A DNA stretch of 64,000 bases from the human T2T-CHM13v2.0 reference genome, Homo sapiens. Below, piece by piece: positions 27,880-40,943 of this stretch. The position numbers and the translations under genes are program-made. The stretch lies in the NCBI RefSeq assembly GCF_009914755.1, contig NC_060932.1; one strand, given 5' to 3'. Under the pieces are notes generated by a model. The model saw only the letters and a program-made list of their open reading frames with translations, searched no databases and was not told the origin of the DNA. Each line of letters opens with the position of its first letter. The first letter of the stretch is position 1.

Positions 27880-28549
27880 TAGCAAGACTCCCTCCCCCGC
27901 CAGTCATTCTCCCATCTTCTCTGGCCTGCTGTCTTCCCAGAAAATAGGACTTCTACATAGGACTACATCACCCAAATTCCCTTGCGAGCCAGCTTCAGTT
28001 AGGGGCCAGCCAATGGGAGGAAGTGTCAGGGAACCAGTAGGCGGGAGAAGAAAGGGTAGGGAACTTCCTTCCTGCCCCCTCCGAGTTTTGCCTCTCTCAC
28101 TGGCAGCAACCCAGCGCTTCCATTGCTGACCTCTACCGACCTCTACCTGTGGTCCTTCCTCTACTGCAGCAGAGACACTGTTTTCTTCCTTTGTTCTTCC
28201 AACCCCATGTAAGTTAATGCCTTGCCTCTCTTGCTGGTACCTGGGTGCTTCAACATGCCATTTTTTGGTTCCTTAATGCTGCCCAAATCTCTGTAAGTAG
28301 GCCCTTCACTAAAGACTATTAACTTACATCAGTGGTTCTCAACCCTTGCTGCACGTGACCACCAAGGGAGCTTTTGAAAACTACCGGTGCCTGGGCTGGC
28401 ATTCCCAGAGATTATTGCAACTGGCTGGGGTGGGTTCTGGCCGCTGGTGTTGTCTAAGAGCTTTGTAAGTAATGAAGCCAGAGTTAAGAGCCACTTACTG
28501 AAATCACCCGAGTGAATTCCAGCCTCCTGCCAAACCCCTGACTGATAGA
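27880..28549 (+). mobile_element. ERVL LTR (LTR33-like), interrupted by MER5A; candidate promoter
   Basis: ggactacatcacccaaattcccttgc..cagccaatgggagg..; ttggttccttaa..ctctgtaagtaggcccttcactaaa; 3' end cctcctgccaaacccctgactgataga. Confidence 0.65.
28330..28496. mobile_element. MER5A-type DNA transposon
   Basis: cagtggttctcaacccttgctgcacgt..ccagagttaagagccact. Confidence 0.8.
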
Positions 28550-28619
28550 GCGCTCAGTGAATGTTACCTGTTGTGGTTGCCATTACAACAACTACTACTG
28601 CCACTTCTATTTCTACTGT

Positions 28620-28740
28620 GCTAATATTAATAGTTTTCCCCAGTTTACAGATAAGGAAACTCACACAGAGGTTAAGTAATTTTCTGAAAATCACATAAGT
28701 TAGAGTTCAATTTATTTGGCTGAAAAGCTCATGTTCTTTA
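28620..28740 (-). mobile_element. MIR fragment
   Basis: cccagtttacagataaggaaactcacacagaggttaagtaattt. Confidence 0.7.
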
Positions 28741-28771
28741 TGCTTTTTTTTTACTATGATATCCTGCAAAG

Positions 28772-28935
28772 GTCAGGTCTTCTCGAACTTTAAGGTGCAT
28801 ATGAAACACTTGGGGATCCTGTTTAAATGGACCTTTTGATGCAGGAGTTCTGAGGCCTGAGAGTCTGCTTTTCTGACAGCCTCCCAGGTGTCGCCAATGC
28901 TGCTGGTTCAATGACCATCCTTTGAGTATCAAAGG
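28772..28935. mobile_element. MER5A-type DNA transposon
   Basis: ttctcgaactttaaggtgcatatgaaacacttgggga..tctgctttt..gctgctggttcaatgaccatcctttgagta. Confidence 0.75.
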
Positions 28936-28959
28936 TGTAAACAATTAGCCACTCTTTTT

Positions 28960-30905
28960 TTTTCAAACCTTCAAAAATTCCTCCGCTATCCTCATCATTT
29001 TCACCTGATGATCTTGCGTCCTTCCTTATTGAAAGAGGTTTCCAAAGAGATTCTGCCAGACTCACACCGTTACATCTACGCACTTTCCCACATTTCCTAC
29101 ATACTCTGCCTTCCTGCCCATAGCCATAGATGAAATATTTGTACTCACATCCAGTGCCATTCCATCCATTGCAACAGATCCCATCTGCTCTTGCTCACCC
29201 AAGAGTATTTCTTCATGAATGCGCTCCAGTTTTGCATCATTTTTTCCTCCATCCTGAATTGTTTCCATTAGCATAACATGCAAATATCATGTTTTTAAAT
29301 TTTAAAAACAAAAAACTTAGTTTGAATCCATCCCCTCATCACCAACTTCCACTCCAGTTTTTGTACTTATTTTCAAACAAATTACTCAAGTTTTTTTTTA
29401 CTTGGTCTCCAATTGTGTTTTTCTCATTGTTAGACCCACTCCACCTTAATCAGCCCTCATCAAGGTCATCAATGTGATTCATGTTGCTAAATCCATTGGG
29501 CGTTTCCAGTCTTCACCTTTTCATTAGTATTTGGTACTTTTATAACTCCCTCCCCCTTGATACGGCTTCTGTACCTTGGTCTTTAGAACACCACATTCTC
29601 TTGTTTTTTCTTCCAGCTCACTAACAACTCCTCTGCCCTCCTCACCGGTTCTTCCTCTTATCTCTAACGTCTTTGGCAAGCTCCAGGACTCAATCTTTGG
29701 TTCTCTTTTCTATGTACATTTACTTTTTTGATGACATCCTATAGCAGCATAGCTTTAAATAGCATACATATGCCAGACTTATACCTCCATCTCAGATCTT
29801 TCCAAACTCATAAATCTAGCATCCTATGCAACATCTCCACTGGAATATCTAATGGACATTTGAAACATAACATGTTCAAGACTGGACTTCAAATATTCTT
29901 TCCTAAATTTATTTCACTTGGAGTTTTCCCCATCTCAGTTGATGCAACTCCATCCGTCCTGTTGCTTAGGCCAAGAATCTTGAAGTCATCCTTGACTTAC
30001 CTCTTTTTTTCATACCTCATGTCCAAGCTAACATGCATTCCTATTGACTTTTCAAAATATATCCAGAATGTCACACTTCTTACCACCTCTACTACTAGTA
30101 CTACTACTAACAATAACAACAACAACTACTACTACTACTACTACTACTACTACTGCTACTACCCTTTACTGAGCTCCTTGCTTGGATTTATTGCAATAGT
30201 CTCTGAAACAATTTCTTGATTCCATACTTGTTACCTAATGCAGTCTATTTTGAAAAAGCAGATAGAGTGACCCTTTTAAAATGTGAAGTGGTTCTTATGG
30301 CTCCATTGTTTAATATCCTGTAAAAGCTTTCATTTCACTCAAAGAATAAGCCAAAGTTTTTATATCAGTTAAAGGTGTCTACATAGCCCACCCCTCTTCT
30401 TACCCTTCCCAACTTTACTTCTCTGGCCTTGTATCCTGCTAATTTCCTGCTTGATCGTTTCTCTCCAGGCATATTGGCTTCCATGATGCTCCTTGGAGTT
30501 TCCAGGCACGCTCTTGCCTTCTTGCCTTTGCACTGGGCTTCCCTTGTCCCTAGAATGCTGTTCTTTGAGTATCTGTGTGGATAGCTCTTACATTTCTTTC
30601 AAGCTTTTGTTCACATGTCATTTTCTCAGTGAGTCTTATCCTTATTACCCTATTTAAAATTGCAACTGTCCTTCATCCAGTACCTCTCTCTGGCTTCCCT
30701 GATTTCCATGACTCTGCTCAATTTTTAAATTTTTTTTTTTTTTGCAGTATGCAATCTTCTTATTTATTATGCTTGATACTTATTACCTGGAGTATAAGTT
30801 TTCAGCAGAACAAGGATGCTTGGTTTTGGTTTTCTAACATTTTTAAAGTACCTAAATGAGTGTCTAGCACATAAATTTACTCAAACAATTTGTTGAAAGA
30901 AATGA
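28960..30905 (+). mobile_element. L2 LINE fragment
   Basis: L2 motifs caaggtcatcaatg..catgttgctaaatcca, aacatctccactggaatatctaatggacatttgaaacataacatgttcaa, ending tctagcacata..ctcaaacaatttgttgaa. Confidence 0.8.
30090..30160. repeat. Compound (ACT)n/(AAC)n microsatellite
   Basis: actactagtactactactaacaataacaacaacaactactactactac... Confidence 0.9.
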
Positions 30906-32556
30906 AGAACAATTGTTTTAGTTTTAAGATGACAGATTATAGAATACACTTAATCAAGAGCCGAGAGTATAAGTTTTCCAAGTGTGGTAACGAGACTCAG
31001 ACATAACACACAAACAATAAAAACAAAAGTTTCACCTCTTTCTAGACCTCAAAAGAGATCTAGTCATTTCTTTGGACTTCTGGCTATTTAAAAGTGGGAT
31101 CCATTGACATATGAAAAAAATTTCTAAGTTTTGCCCCTGTCTAATATCTCAGTTAAAGTAAACAACTATTTCCTTTTTTCTATGCTCAACAGCATTTGCC
31201 AGCATTTTATAGTATGAAAAAATGTCTCATGGCATGGAATTTAGGCTATTGACAGATTGTATAGGGGAATCTAGAGACGATGAGGTGATATTCAGCATTT
31301 CACTGCCCAGAGCCCTTGGGGTAATGTTCTCAAGAGAAATCAGTAATTGGAAGCCAACTAAATAGCTTTGTTTCCCTCAAATGCGAACCTGGTTACTTTA
31401 TCAAGCAAACAGATGTTTATTACTTTCAGGCGGAAAATAATAAGTCAGGCAGGTTTACAAGCCCCCTTTCCATCTTGAAAGCATTTTTGTCAGCTGCTTC
31501 ATCCTCAGAGAAAATTACCAAATCAAACCTTGAAAAGTAGATGATTAGTGGGTGTCACATGCAACATCTCATTTCTCTTTCGGGTGGGGATATGGAAATG
31601 CTATTGACCTCCCACTTAGGAAAAAACACACGTTTGACAGTAGAGTTGTTCAAGGGCTTTTTCTTGGAGCATAAACACCATGTAACCATATGCTAATGGA
31701 GAAAAGCAAAGGAACCTGGCATGAGGCACTCGGGAAAGCTTAGATCATGGTTTATAAACAATGATAGAATAGCTGACACTTATTATGGGGGAGAGAAGAA
31801 TCTCATGTCTTCTCCCCAAAAGTAATTTGGAACAAGCTGAATAGGGTCACCTGAAAAGCCTCTTCATCCTTTTTGATTATCCTAATCTTTCAAAAACCAG
31901 TTGCTACACCTCTCAGGAAAATCCAGGGAAGAACAATGATGGTTATGATAAATGGTGAGAGTCTTTAAAAGTCCAAATGCCAAGTTCAGAGAGCATTCAG
32001 TAAGGTTCTCCAAACACAGAGGGATACCTGTGAATTTTCTACCTTTCAATCATTGTAATAAAGATTTAAAAAATACCTGCAGTGACTGTGAGAGACAGAG
32101 AGTTGCAAGGTCTTGTGTACCTTTCAAAGCCAGGAAAAGCCAAGACCAAAGGAGCCTGAGGAATCTTTATCTGCACCAGGGTGCAGACATTGGAAACAAG
32201 TGGAATGGGAATCCAAGCGTGGCTTGCAGATTGAATGAATATGTGTTCTACACACGTAATGGTGTTTTTGTATGGGTGTACCACTAGATGAGGTCTATAG
32301 GAATTCTTCAAACTAGTCTCAGAGTTGCATGAGAGCCAGCTACTAACAGTTAGCTATGCTGCCTGCACCAGCTGTGCTGTCAGCAGAGTGAGGAGACTCA
32401 TCCAGTGTTCCCTTTATGTGTTGGTTTAATTATCTGTCATTTCACATGCATGGAGTATCCTTCCCCCAACATAGGTAACCGCTTGAAGGTAATGGAAAAG
32501 CATGGTATTTGTAGATAGTCCTAGCTTTGTGTTTAGTAGTGCAGCAGAGAAGAAAC

Positions 32557-33031
32557 TGTAGGGGAGAAGAAATCTTTTCTTATCCATCGCGTGGTTCATG
32601 GCTGAGACCCCGGTAAAGAAAGACAGATTAACAAGAGAAAAGCATACAAATTTAATATAAGTTGTACATGACACAGAAGCCTTCATAAGGAAATGAAGTC
32701 ATGAAGAAATGGATAAACCTGTGTATTTTTATGCTAAGTCTGATGAAGAAGTGACCTTGGAAAAGAAGCATGATTAGATAAAGGTGCATGATCTAATGGT
32801 AATAAACTTGGGGAAACTTAGCAAGGCCTGTTTGTCCAGATTCTTCTCTGTGTCCCTATATCTTCAGAGATAAGGATATGCCTATCATCCAAGTATAGAG
32901 TAGGTGCCTCTGGAAAGAACCTGCTTTGGGAGAGAAGGACCAAGGAAAGATGAGAGTGGCCTTCGTTTTTCTGCTGTTATCTCAAATGGCAAAGTGCCAT
33001 ATATTGGAGTGGCATGTCCTGAACTCCATCA
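32557..33031 (-). mobile_element. Solo ERV1 LTR (MER4-group; LOR1/MER34/MER65-like)
   Basis: Minus strand begins tgatggagttcaggacatgccactccaatatatggcac and ends aatttgtatgcttttctcttgttaatctgtc..cagccatgaac..cccctaca. Confidence 0.8.
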
Positions 33032-34289
33032 TTAACTGTAAGTAAAGGGCCAGTCATTTAACATCTGAGTCTTATTTTCTTAATTCTATTTGCAAAATGG
33101 GAAGTTAATCAAAATAATACCTTCAACACAGTGTAAGGATCCAGTGTTGAAAGTGATTGTAAATTCTACAAATGTTAGTTTCCCAAGTGACATGTAACTG
33201 TGGCTCACGGTGTAAGTCACTTAGTTATAGTTTTTCATCTGATTTTCTTGGTCTTTGCTGAACCGTCTCAATCATGTTTTTTTAAGAAATTGGGTTCTCA
33301 TATGGGGAAGGAGGTCATGAGAAAATCAGACTGCACCTCTTTAGTACAGCCATTGTGTGCCTGTTGTCTCTGCTTATTTAAATATTTTACTTTCATGAAC
33401 TTCTACAAAGTTCTACCAGGGCTACTTGGTACCTTCTTCTCCTCCTTACACCTCTGACTATGCAAATTGACGTCTCTGAATAGCATCAAGAATGGGCATT
33501 TCATTCAGTTATTGCCTCTAGAGAAGTACACTTCTATAGATGTTTTAAAAGGCAATAGAATATTTCCATGGATTTAATACCTTGGGCTTCAATTATACAT
33601 ACATTTTTTTTTCTTTTACAGTTCTCATTCATGCCCTTAATGACCAAAATACTATTTGCCACCTGCAGGAGTGATTATATTAGCAGAAGGGACATTAGAG
33701 ACATTTGTAGAACCCAAAATGATGCCTTTCAGGAAGTATATATTCTCTTTACCAGGAGGAAGTTGCCACTGGTGTAGTGTATATAGATAAGACATTAGGA
33801 AAAGGATGTTAAAAATAGATGAGGCAAAAAATCAGATTACTTCTCCAGCAGCCATTACCATAGAACCAACCACGAATTACCAAGGTCAAGGATAGGATAT
33901 TAAATAGAAGCATACACAGAAAGAGAGAGAAATGAACAGAAGATATAGGTAAGTGGATACAGGCCAAGAACTTTCTTCTGAACAAGTTTCTTGTCAAAGT
34001 CTCACATCTTTTTAATGATTTCTTTTTTTCTGTCTTAGTACTGATTCTTTTAAGAAGGGCCGTAGTAGTTACAAAGTTATAATGATTTGCTGAAGTTTTC
34101 TTCAAGAAATAGTGCAGAAGACCATATTGGTGATTACAACTCCTTGTCATTAATAAGGAATATACCAATTGATCTTATAACACTTTTTTTTTTCCTGGAC
34201 AGTCCTGTTGTCAGCCAGAACTTGCCATAAATAACTTGTATGGTTTTTGGTCATTTTTCCCAATACGATATAAAGGGCTTTTTAAAATA

Positions 34290-34569
<280 letters not shown>

Positions 34570-35069
34570 CATAATTTTAATAATGAACATTGTCCTAGAT
34601 GCCAAAGAGTCAATAGTGGAATGCTGGAAATCTATAAAGTAACAGTAATAGTTTATATTTCTGCAGGATTACTTTCTAGAGCTCTATAGAGTATCTTACC
34701 TAATCTTCCCTCCAGAAGCTGGATACAGTTGATACTAACCATTCCTTTTTATAGCTGAAAAAACTTGATTAATAGTGGCCTGCCTAAACATCTGAAAGCC
34801 CATTCTTTATCTGCCTTCACCTTTCTTTCTTATGTGATAACTTCTTTTTTAGGGAAAAAAAATCTATAGAATGGAAAGTTTAATAAAGCAGCTTTTTATA
34901 TCCCATTCTCTCACACGGGGTCTCTTTCAGTCTACCTTCCCTTTTTACACTTGTCACTGAAGTTCCTTCCCATTTTCACCTTTTCCTTCCCAATTTGAGG
35001 GCAAGGTTAGAAAGAAAGTAGAATAGGACAGCTTATACTATAGCCATGAATAATAAGGTATTTCTGAGA

Positions 35070-36142
35070 GCTAATTAAACTAAAGAGCTTTTGCACAGCA
35101 AAAGGAACAGTCAGTGGAGTAAACAGACAACCCACAGAGTGGGAGAGAATCTTCACAATCTATATATCTGACAAAGAACTAATATCCAGAATTTACAACA
35201 AACTCAAATCAGTAAAGAAAAATAAGTAAGCCCACAAAAAGTGGGCTAAGGACATGAATAGACAGTTCTCAAAAGAAAATATACAAATGGCCACAAACAT
35301 GAAAAAAATGCTCAACATCACTAATGATCAGGGAAATGCAAATCAAAACCACAATGCGATATCACCTTACTCCTGCAAGAATGGCCATAATCAAAAAATC
35401 AAAAAACAGTAGATGTTGCCGTGGATGCAATGAACAGGGAACATTTCTACACTTCTGGTGGGAATGTAAACTAGTACAGCCACTATGAAAAACAGGGTAG
35501 AGATTCCTTACAGAACTAAAAGAGCTACCACTTGATCCAGTAATTCGACTACTGGGTATCTACCCAGAGGAAAAGAAGTCATTATTTGAAAAAGATACTT
35601 GCACATGCATGTTTATAGCGGCACAATTCACAATTGCAAAATCATGGAACCAACCCAAATGCCCATCAATCAATGAATAGATAAACTGTGGGGGTGTGTG
35701 TGTATATATATATGTGTGTGTGTGTACATATATATATACACATATATATACATATACATATATACACACACGTATATACATATATGTGTATATATGTTGG
35801 AATACTACACAGCCATAAAAAGGAATTAACAGCATTTGCAGTGACCTGGATGAGATTGGGTGAGACTACTATTCTAAGTGAAGTAATTCAGGAATGGAAA
35901 ACCAAGCATCATATGTTCTCACTTTTATGTGAGAGCTAAGCTATGAGGACTCAAAGGCATAACTGATACAATGGACTTTGGGGACTTGGGGGGAAGGGTG
36001 GAAGGGGGGTGAGGAATAAAAGACTACAAATATGGTGCGGTGTATACTGCTCAGGTGATGGGTGCACCAAAATCTCACAAATAACCACTAAAGAACTTAC
36101 ATGACCAAATACCACCTGTACCCCAATAACTTATGTAAAAAA
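35070..36142 (+). mobile_element. L1PB1-like 3' ~1.07 kb (ORF2 end + 3' UTR)
   Basis: ctaattaaactaaagagcttttgcacagcaaaaggaacagtc..; ends aaataccacctgtaccccaataacttatg; internal (TA/CA)n at 35693-35795. Confidence 0.9.
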
Positions 36143-37319
36143 CATCCCCTTAGAAAAGATATTTATTGGATTTTGTAAATCTGGAAAGAAATAGTTTTTA
36201 AGGAAAATTAACACTATCCATGTTGGCTAAAGAGAACATACAAAACTTAAATATATCAATAAACATGATAGGATGGGAAAATTTTGAAAAATATTATTCA
36301 AAGTTACTGCTGTTTAGACTTACAGATTAACTCTTTCTGTCTTTGGAGGATAGATAACAGAATATATATAGTGTCTTAAAATGCTGGGAAAAAAATAGAA
36401 GTGTGCCATTAATACTTGACCAAGTATCACACAAAAGGAAACTTCAGGCAAATCTCACTGAAGAACATTGATGCAACTGACCAAAGCCAACAGCAACGCG
36501 GAAGTTTTAAACAGTTTAACTTTTATGTGAATACCCAAGTTATAAAAGCAAAAAGTTTTATTATTATAAAGCTTTTTATAATTCTAACTTCATAGAGTTG
36601 ATCTATTATGTAGCCAATTTTTATGGACCGTGAGGTTACTTTGATGATTAAGACAATATGAAGGAAAGGATCCTAGATCAGAATTGCCATCACATAGCAG
36701 AGAAATTTAAAAAAAAATCATAATTCAAACCGAAAAAGTAGTTGCCAATGGATCAAAGCTTTTCACAGTTTGCCTTATAATTCTTAGGTTAAACTGACCC
36801 AGAAGCCTATAAAAGAAAGCATAGGGATGGTTTGTCTGGTTAGTCAGCAAAACTTAGTAGTCCACCATCTCTAGCACAATATTTGTTCACTTTGGGAAGC
36901 TTTCATGTGTGACTTATTTTCACTCATTGGAGGCCTTGGTGTCCATTCTGCGGTTGCCACTGGGGACATTGTGGCAGGGGTTTTCCTTCACATTGTTGTT
37001 CGCAAAATGAATGACTGCCAACTTGCTTGAGGATGAGATTAAAAACTGATACATATTTTTTTTTTCTCCTGTAATGTACCATCCAAGTTATTTGGCTTCA
37101 TAAGACAGTGGGGACTGTTCTCTCTTTCTTTAATTTCTCGACAAGGCAGTTTAACCCAGGATTAAATGAAATTAAACCATAAAATATTAAATTACGGGGC
37201 TGCTTGGTACAATCAATAGGTGAATATGCTCTTTGATTCTCTAACATGGAAACAGAGTGTGGCAGATTTCTAAAGTTTTGTCATAGAACTTTTTCTTCAA
37301 GGAGTACAACTGTTCAATA

Positions 37320-37560
37320 AAATATACTTTGGGAAACCCTAGACATATTCCAGTAAAAGTTAAGAACAGTAGAAGCATGTCGGGTATCTCTATTTTTAAT
37401 CATTATTTCTGAAGGGCTGGTACAAGACTACAAAATAAGGAATTTAATGATTCGATGTTTTAAAAAAGAAGATAACATTTTCATTTGAAGATTGTGATTT
37501 TTCTCTTAGAAAATACAAAAGAATTAACTAAAACGCTATTAAAATTTAATTTAAAAAATG
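37320..37560 (+). mobile_element. Highly decayed L1M ORF2 fragment
   Basis: aaaccctagacatattccagtaaaagttaagaacag..ttgaagattgtgattt..tagaaaatacaaaagaattaactaaaacgctatt. Confidence 0.55.
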
Positions 37561-38879
37561 CAAAAGAACATTACTATAGCATACAACCTGTCCTAAAAAA
37601 AAAGGTTACAAAGTAAAATTAAAACCTTAAAGCTCCCTTTCTGGCCTTCAGATGAGCGCTTGTTTTAAAAGAGAAAAATGCAAAAATCAACTTTTGATTT
37701 GGTGAGAACTCTTGTTAAAAATTTCATAAAATGATTTTTCTGGTGTTCATGTACCCACTTGGTGGACTCTGTCATATCATGGATTTAAGTCTGCCAAGTT
37801 CAACATCCTACTTTTTATTAAAAATCTCTTTCTGGCTAAGAATAAATGCTTCTTAGACTTCTTCATTTTCATCACCAGCACTAGCAATGGTTTATTTCTC
37901 CCATAAGAGCCATTTTTCAAAAATATATGAAGTTTTTATCACTTAAGAACAGTTACTGCTCATGAAAGAGAAAGAAGAACAGAGCTAAGGTGAGCCACTT
38001 ATAGGATGAGAAGAAGCCAGCTCACTGTTCATGAGTAGTGGTATTGGGACAGGCCTCCACATATCAGGCCATTAGTTTGTACAATTAAAATCCATGCCAC
38101 CACAAAACTACTCATCACTCTGTGGCGTGAACCCTTGAGGTTGCCTCCAAAGAATACAAACTGTGTTATTAAATCCCTGAATGCCAGGAGTCTACTGAAC
38201 TACAAATAAATACAGTAATAATACTTATCATCACCAAGATGGTTAGGTTTATTATTTTTATATAGTCTTAAAACATTTCACTCTAGGCCACCTAGGATTA
38301 ACTCATTTTAGCTAAAAATATCGCACAGGATGTATCGTTCTTGCCACCTATTAAAAAGTGTGTGTAATATCTGAAATTTGTGAGAGATTGTATACTCTAA
38401 TAACATAACATAAGTGCATTCGGCAATGAATAATGCATGGGCATCTTCAAAATAGTAGTGTGTGGCAGATTATGGATCATCTAACATTAAATAATTCATC
38501 TGCTTGACTGCCCTTACATCACAGGGTTATGAGTCTCATTTAACACATTAGGAAGCATAGACACTAAAAAGTTAACTGGCCTTTTTAGGGCTTTATGGGA
38601 AATTGTTGGGAGATGAGAATGAAAGATCAAAAATTCTTAGCTTCAAGCCATTTCCTCTGTTCTTTAGATTTTGGTTTTCTGATTAGAAAATTTTCTAATT
38701 TTAGCTGATTGAATATTCCTGACATACTATTGAGATATATTTAAAGCAGAAGCAATATGCAGACTTATATATAGAAGAATGTAGCAAATCATTTAAGGTC
38801 AGTCGAAGTGCCTGGAAGTTGCATGTAATTACTACATGGGGAAAGAGAATCTCTCTTAACCTTGGAGATCTTAACTGAG

Positions 38880-40285
38880 ACCCAAAATACTGAAGCAAAC
38901 CACCCATTGGAATTGAATGCTTCGTTTATTTGGGAGGCAATTCAGAGTAAGCAGAATGAAGCCAATAGAAGGTGTTAATAATCAGCCTGTCACTGTAAGT
39001 CATTAGTTGCCAGGCCCACTAATAACTGCTCTACCCAAAGGTAAGAAAGCTTAGATATGTATTTACTAATTCCTGTTTTTCACTGTTGAAGATGTTCATA
39101 GAGCTTCTGTGCCCTGCTCCTCCCTGCCTGTCCTATTTGAGCTTAACATGTTCCAGTGGCCGGAAATTGCTCTCAGTCAGTGATGTGTAGATGAGAAGCT
39201 TTGTTTGATGTACGAACCTGCAGGTGTATATGGGAACAGTGAAAGCAGAGAGGATATATGTGGTCAGCAAAGGCATCAGCTACAATTCACCTCTGGTACT
39301 ACCCACATTCACTCCTGTCCGAAGTTGAGTTAAATTTGTCTGATTAGAAATTCTTCAAAGTCATGGCCAGACAAAAAATTTTTTGAAAGGCTCAGAAAAA
39401 TGGTTAAAGTGATCATCTGTAGCCTACTGCTGCAACTGGTTTCAAGATCATTATTTATATTGATCATCTTCCTCTGTCATGCTTTCTAGATTCCTCTCAC
39501 TCTCAGCTGCTGTAGGCTTTCACCAGGGAGGTAACCTGTACTCTCATCTACGAAAATGCTCCCCCATTTTTTCATTTCAACCTTTGTCAAATATAGTTAC
39601 TGCAACTACCCATCCATCGCTATTACTGGGCATTGAGCACCAAGACACATTCCTATTAAATCCTCTGATTTTTTCCTCTTGCCCTCATTATATAGCAGCA
39701 ACAATATCTTCTCATGATAGTCAGATACTTCAGTCAGTATAGTTATTTCTTTGCCCCTTGGTCTAGTCCCAAGGGACTAGGTGGTACCAGTAGCTTTGGG
39801 TTTAGTGAAACCCATATTCTGTCCCCTGGTATAAAATTTCCTTTCCAGCAATAGTACTTACAATCCATCAGAGCCTGATGTAAAGATAGAAAGCACAAAT
39901 TTCCCAAGTGGGCCACTGAAAACAATGGTAAGAATAGCCACTTCTTACCTAACCCTTTGTTTCATGATCTCATTTTCTATCTGTAATCAACATAGGCCAT
40001 ATAACGCTTATCGATTCAAAGTGTATTCTCTATTTCGAAGGATAGCACCCTAACTATGCATGCTGTCATACCCAACTTGGATGGCTATAAAAAGCCGTCT
40101 CAACATTCTGTCAGTCAGACCAGCAGCTTTGGGTGCTGCTGTTTATGGTAGAATCAGTGAACCCCACAATCTAGACTTACTATGTCACCACAGTATGGAT
40201 CCTTTGAGTCTGAGGCAATATTACATTGGTAAATCAGATATTTTGAGACTTTGGGTAGTTGTGCTAGCCATTCCACTTTGTTTCA
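38880..40285 (-). mobile_element. LTR16-like ERVL LTR (~38880-39283) plus adjacent internal sequence (ERV3-16A3-like)
   Basis: gtttatttgggagg..agccaatagaagg..; LTR start rc tgtagctgatgcc at 39283; downstream decayed internal sequence. Confidence 0.6.
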
Positions 40286-40289
40286 AATC

Positions 40290-40930
40290 CATCGTAACTT
40301 GAATATATCATAAGTTGAAAATGCTTTCAATAGCTTACAGAATATCATAGTATAGCCCAGCCTATCTTAAACATGCTCGGAACACATACATTAGTCTACA
40401 GTTGGGCAAAATCATCTAACACAAAGCCTATTTTCTAATGGAGTGTTGAATATCTCATGTAATTTATTGAATACCGTACTTAACGTGGAAAACAGAGTGG
40501 TTGTATGGGTACTCACCATTAATGTACACAGCTGAAAGCACACTGGGCCTGAAGAATGTTTGAAGAATTGGACTACAATCAATTGCTGGATGATGGGGAG
40601 GCTACAGCAACAGGGTTATTAATTTCTGTCTCTTCTGATGAGGCTCAAGAATAGCTGGTAGAAGGCACTGGTGCATGGACACTTAATGGTTTAGCAGGCA
40701 TAGTGTTAGTCAAGAAGATATCAAGTATTGTTTACCCTCGTGAGTGGCTGGCTGCCTGGGAGCTGTGGCTCACTGCTACCACTGCCCAACATCAAGAGAA
40801 AGTATCATACTGCATATGCTAGCTCTAAAAAAAGATCAAAATTCAAATTTCTATGTACGATTTTTACTGAATGTATGTTCCTTTCACACCATGGTAAAGT
40901 TGAAAAATTATAAGTTGATCTATCATAAGT
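40290..40930. mobile_element. Tigger4 (Zombi/MER46)-type DNA transposon
   Basis: cataagttgaaaatgc..cccagcctatcttaaacatgctcggaacac..cagttgggcaaaatcatctaacacaaagcc; aaagatcaaaattcaaatttc..ctttcacaccatggtaaagttgaaaaatt. Confidence 0.8.
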
Positions 40931-40943
40931 AAAAAAAAAAAAT

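Noticed and set aside
29728-30219. Longest ORF (163 aa) with T/N/Y runs
   Set aside because: Within decayed L2 plus an (ACT)n/(AAC)n microsatellite; TTG start.
31952-32287. 111-aa ATG ORF in non-repeat sequence
   Set aside because: No recognisable domain or exon structure; this length is compatible with chance in 64 kb. BLASTP or PhyloCSF would be decisive.
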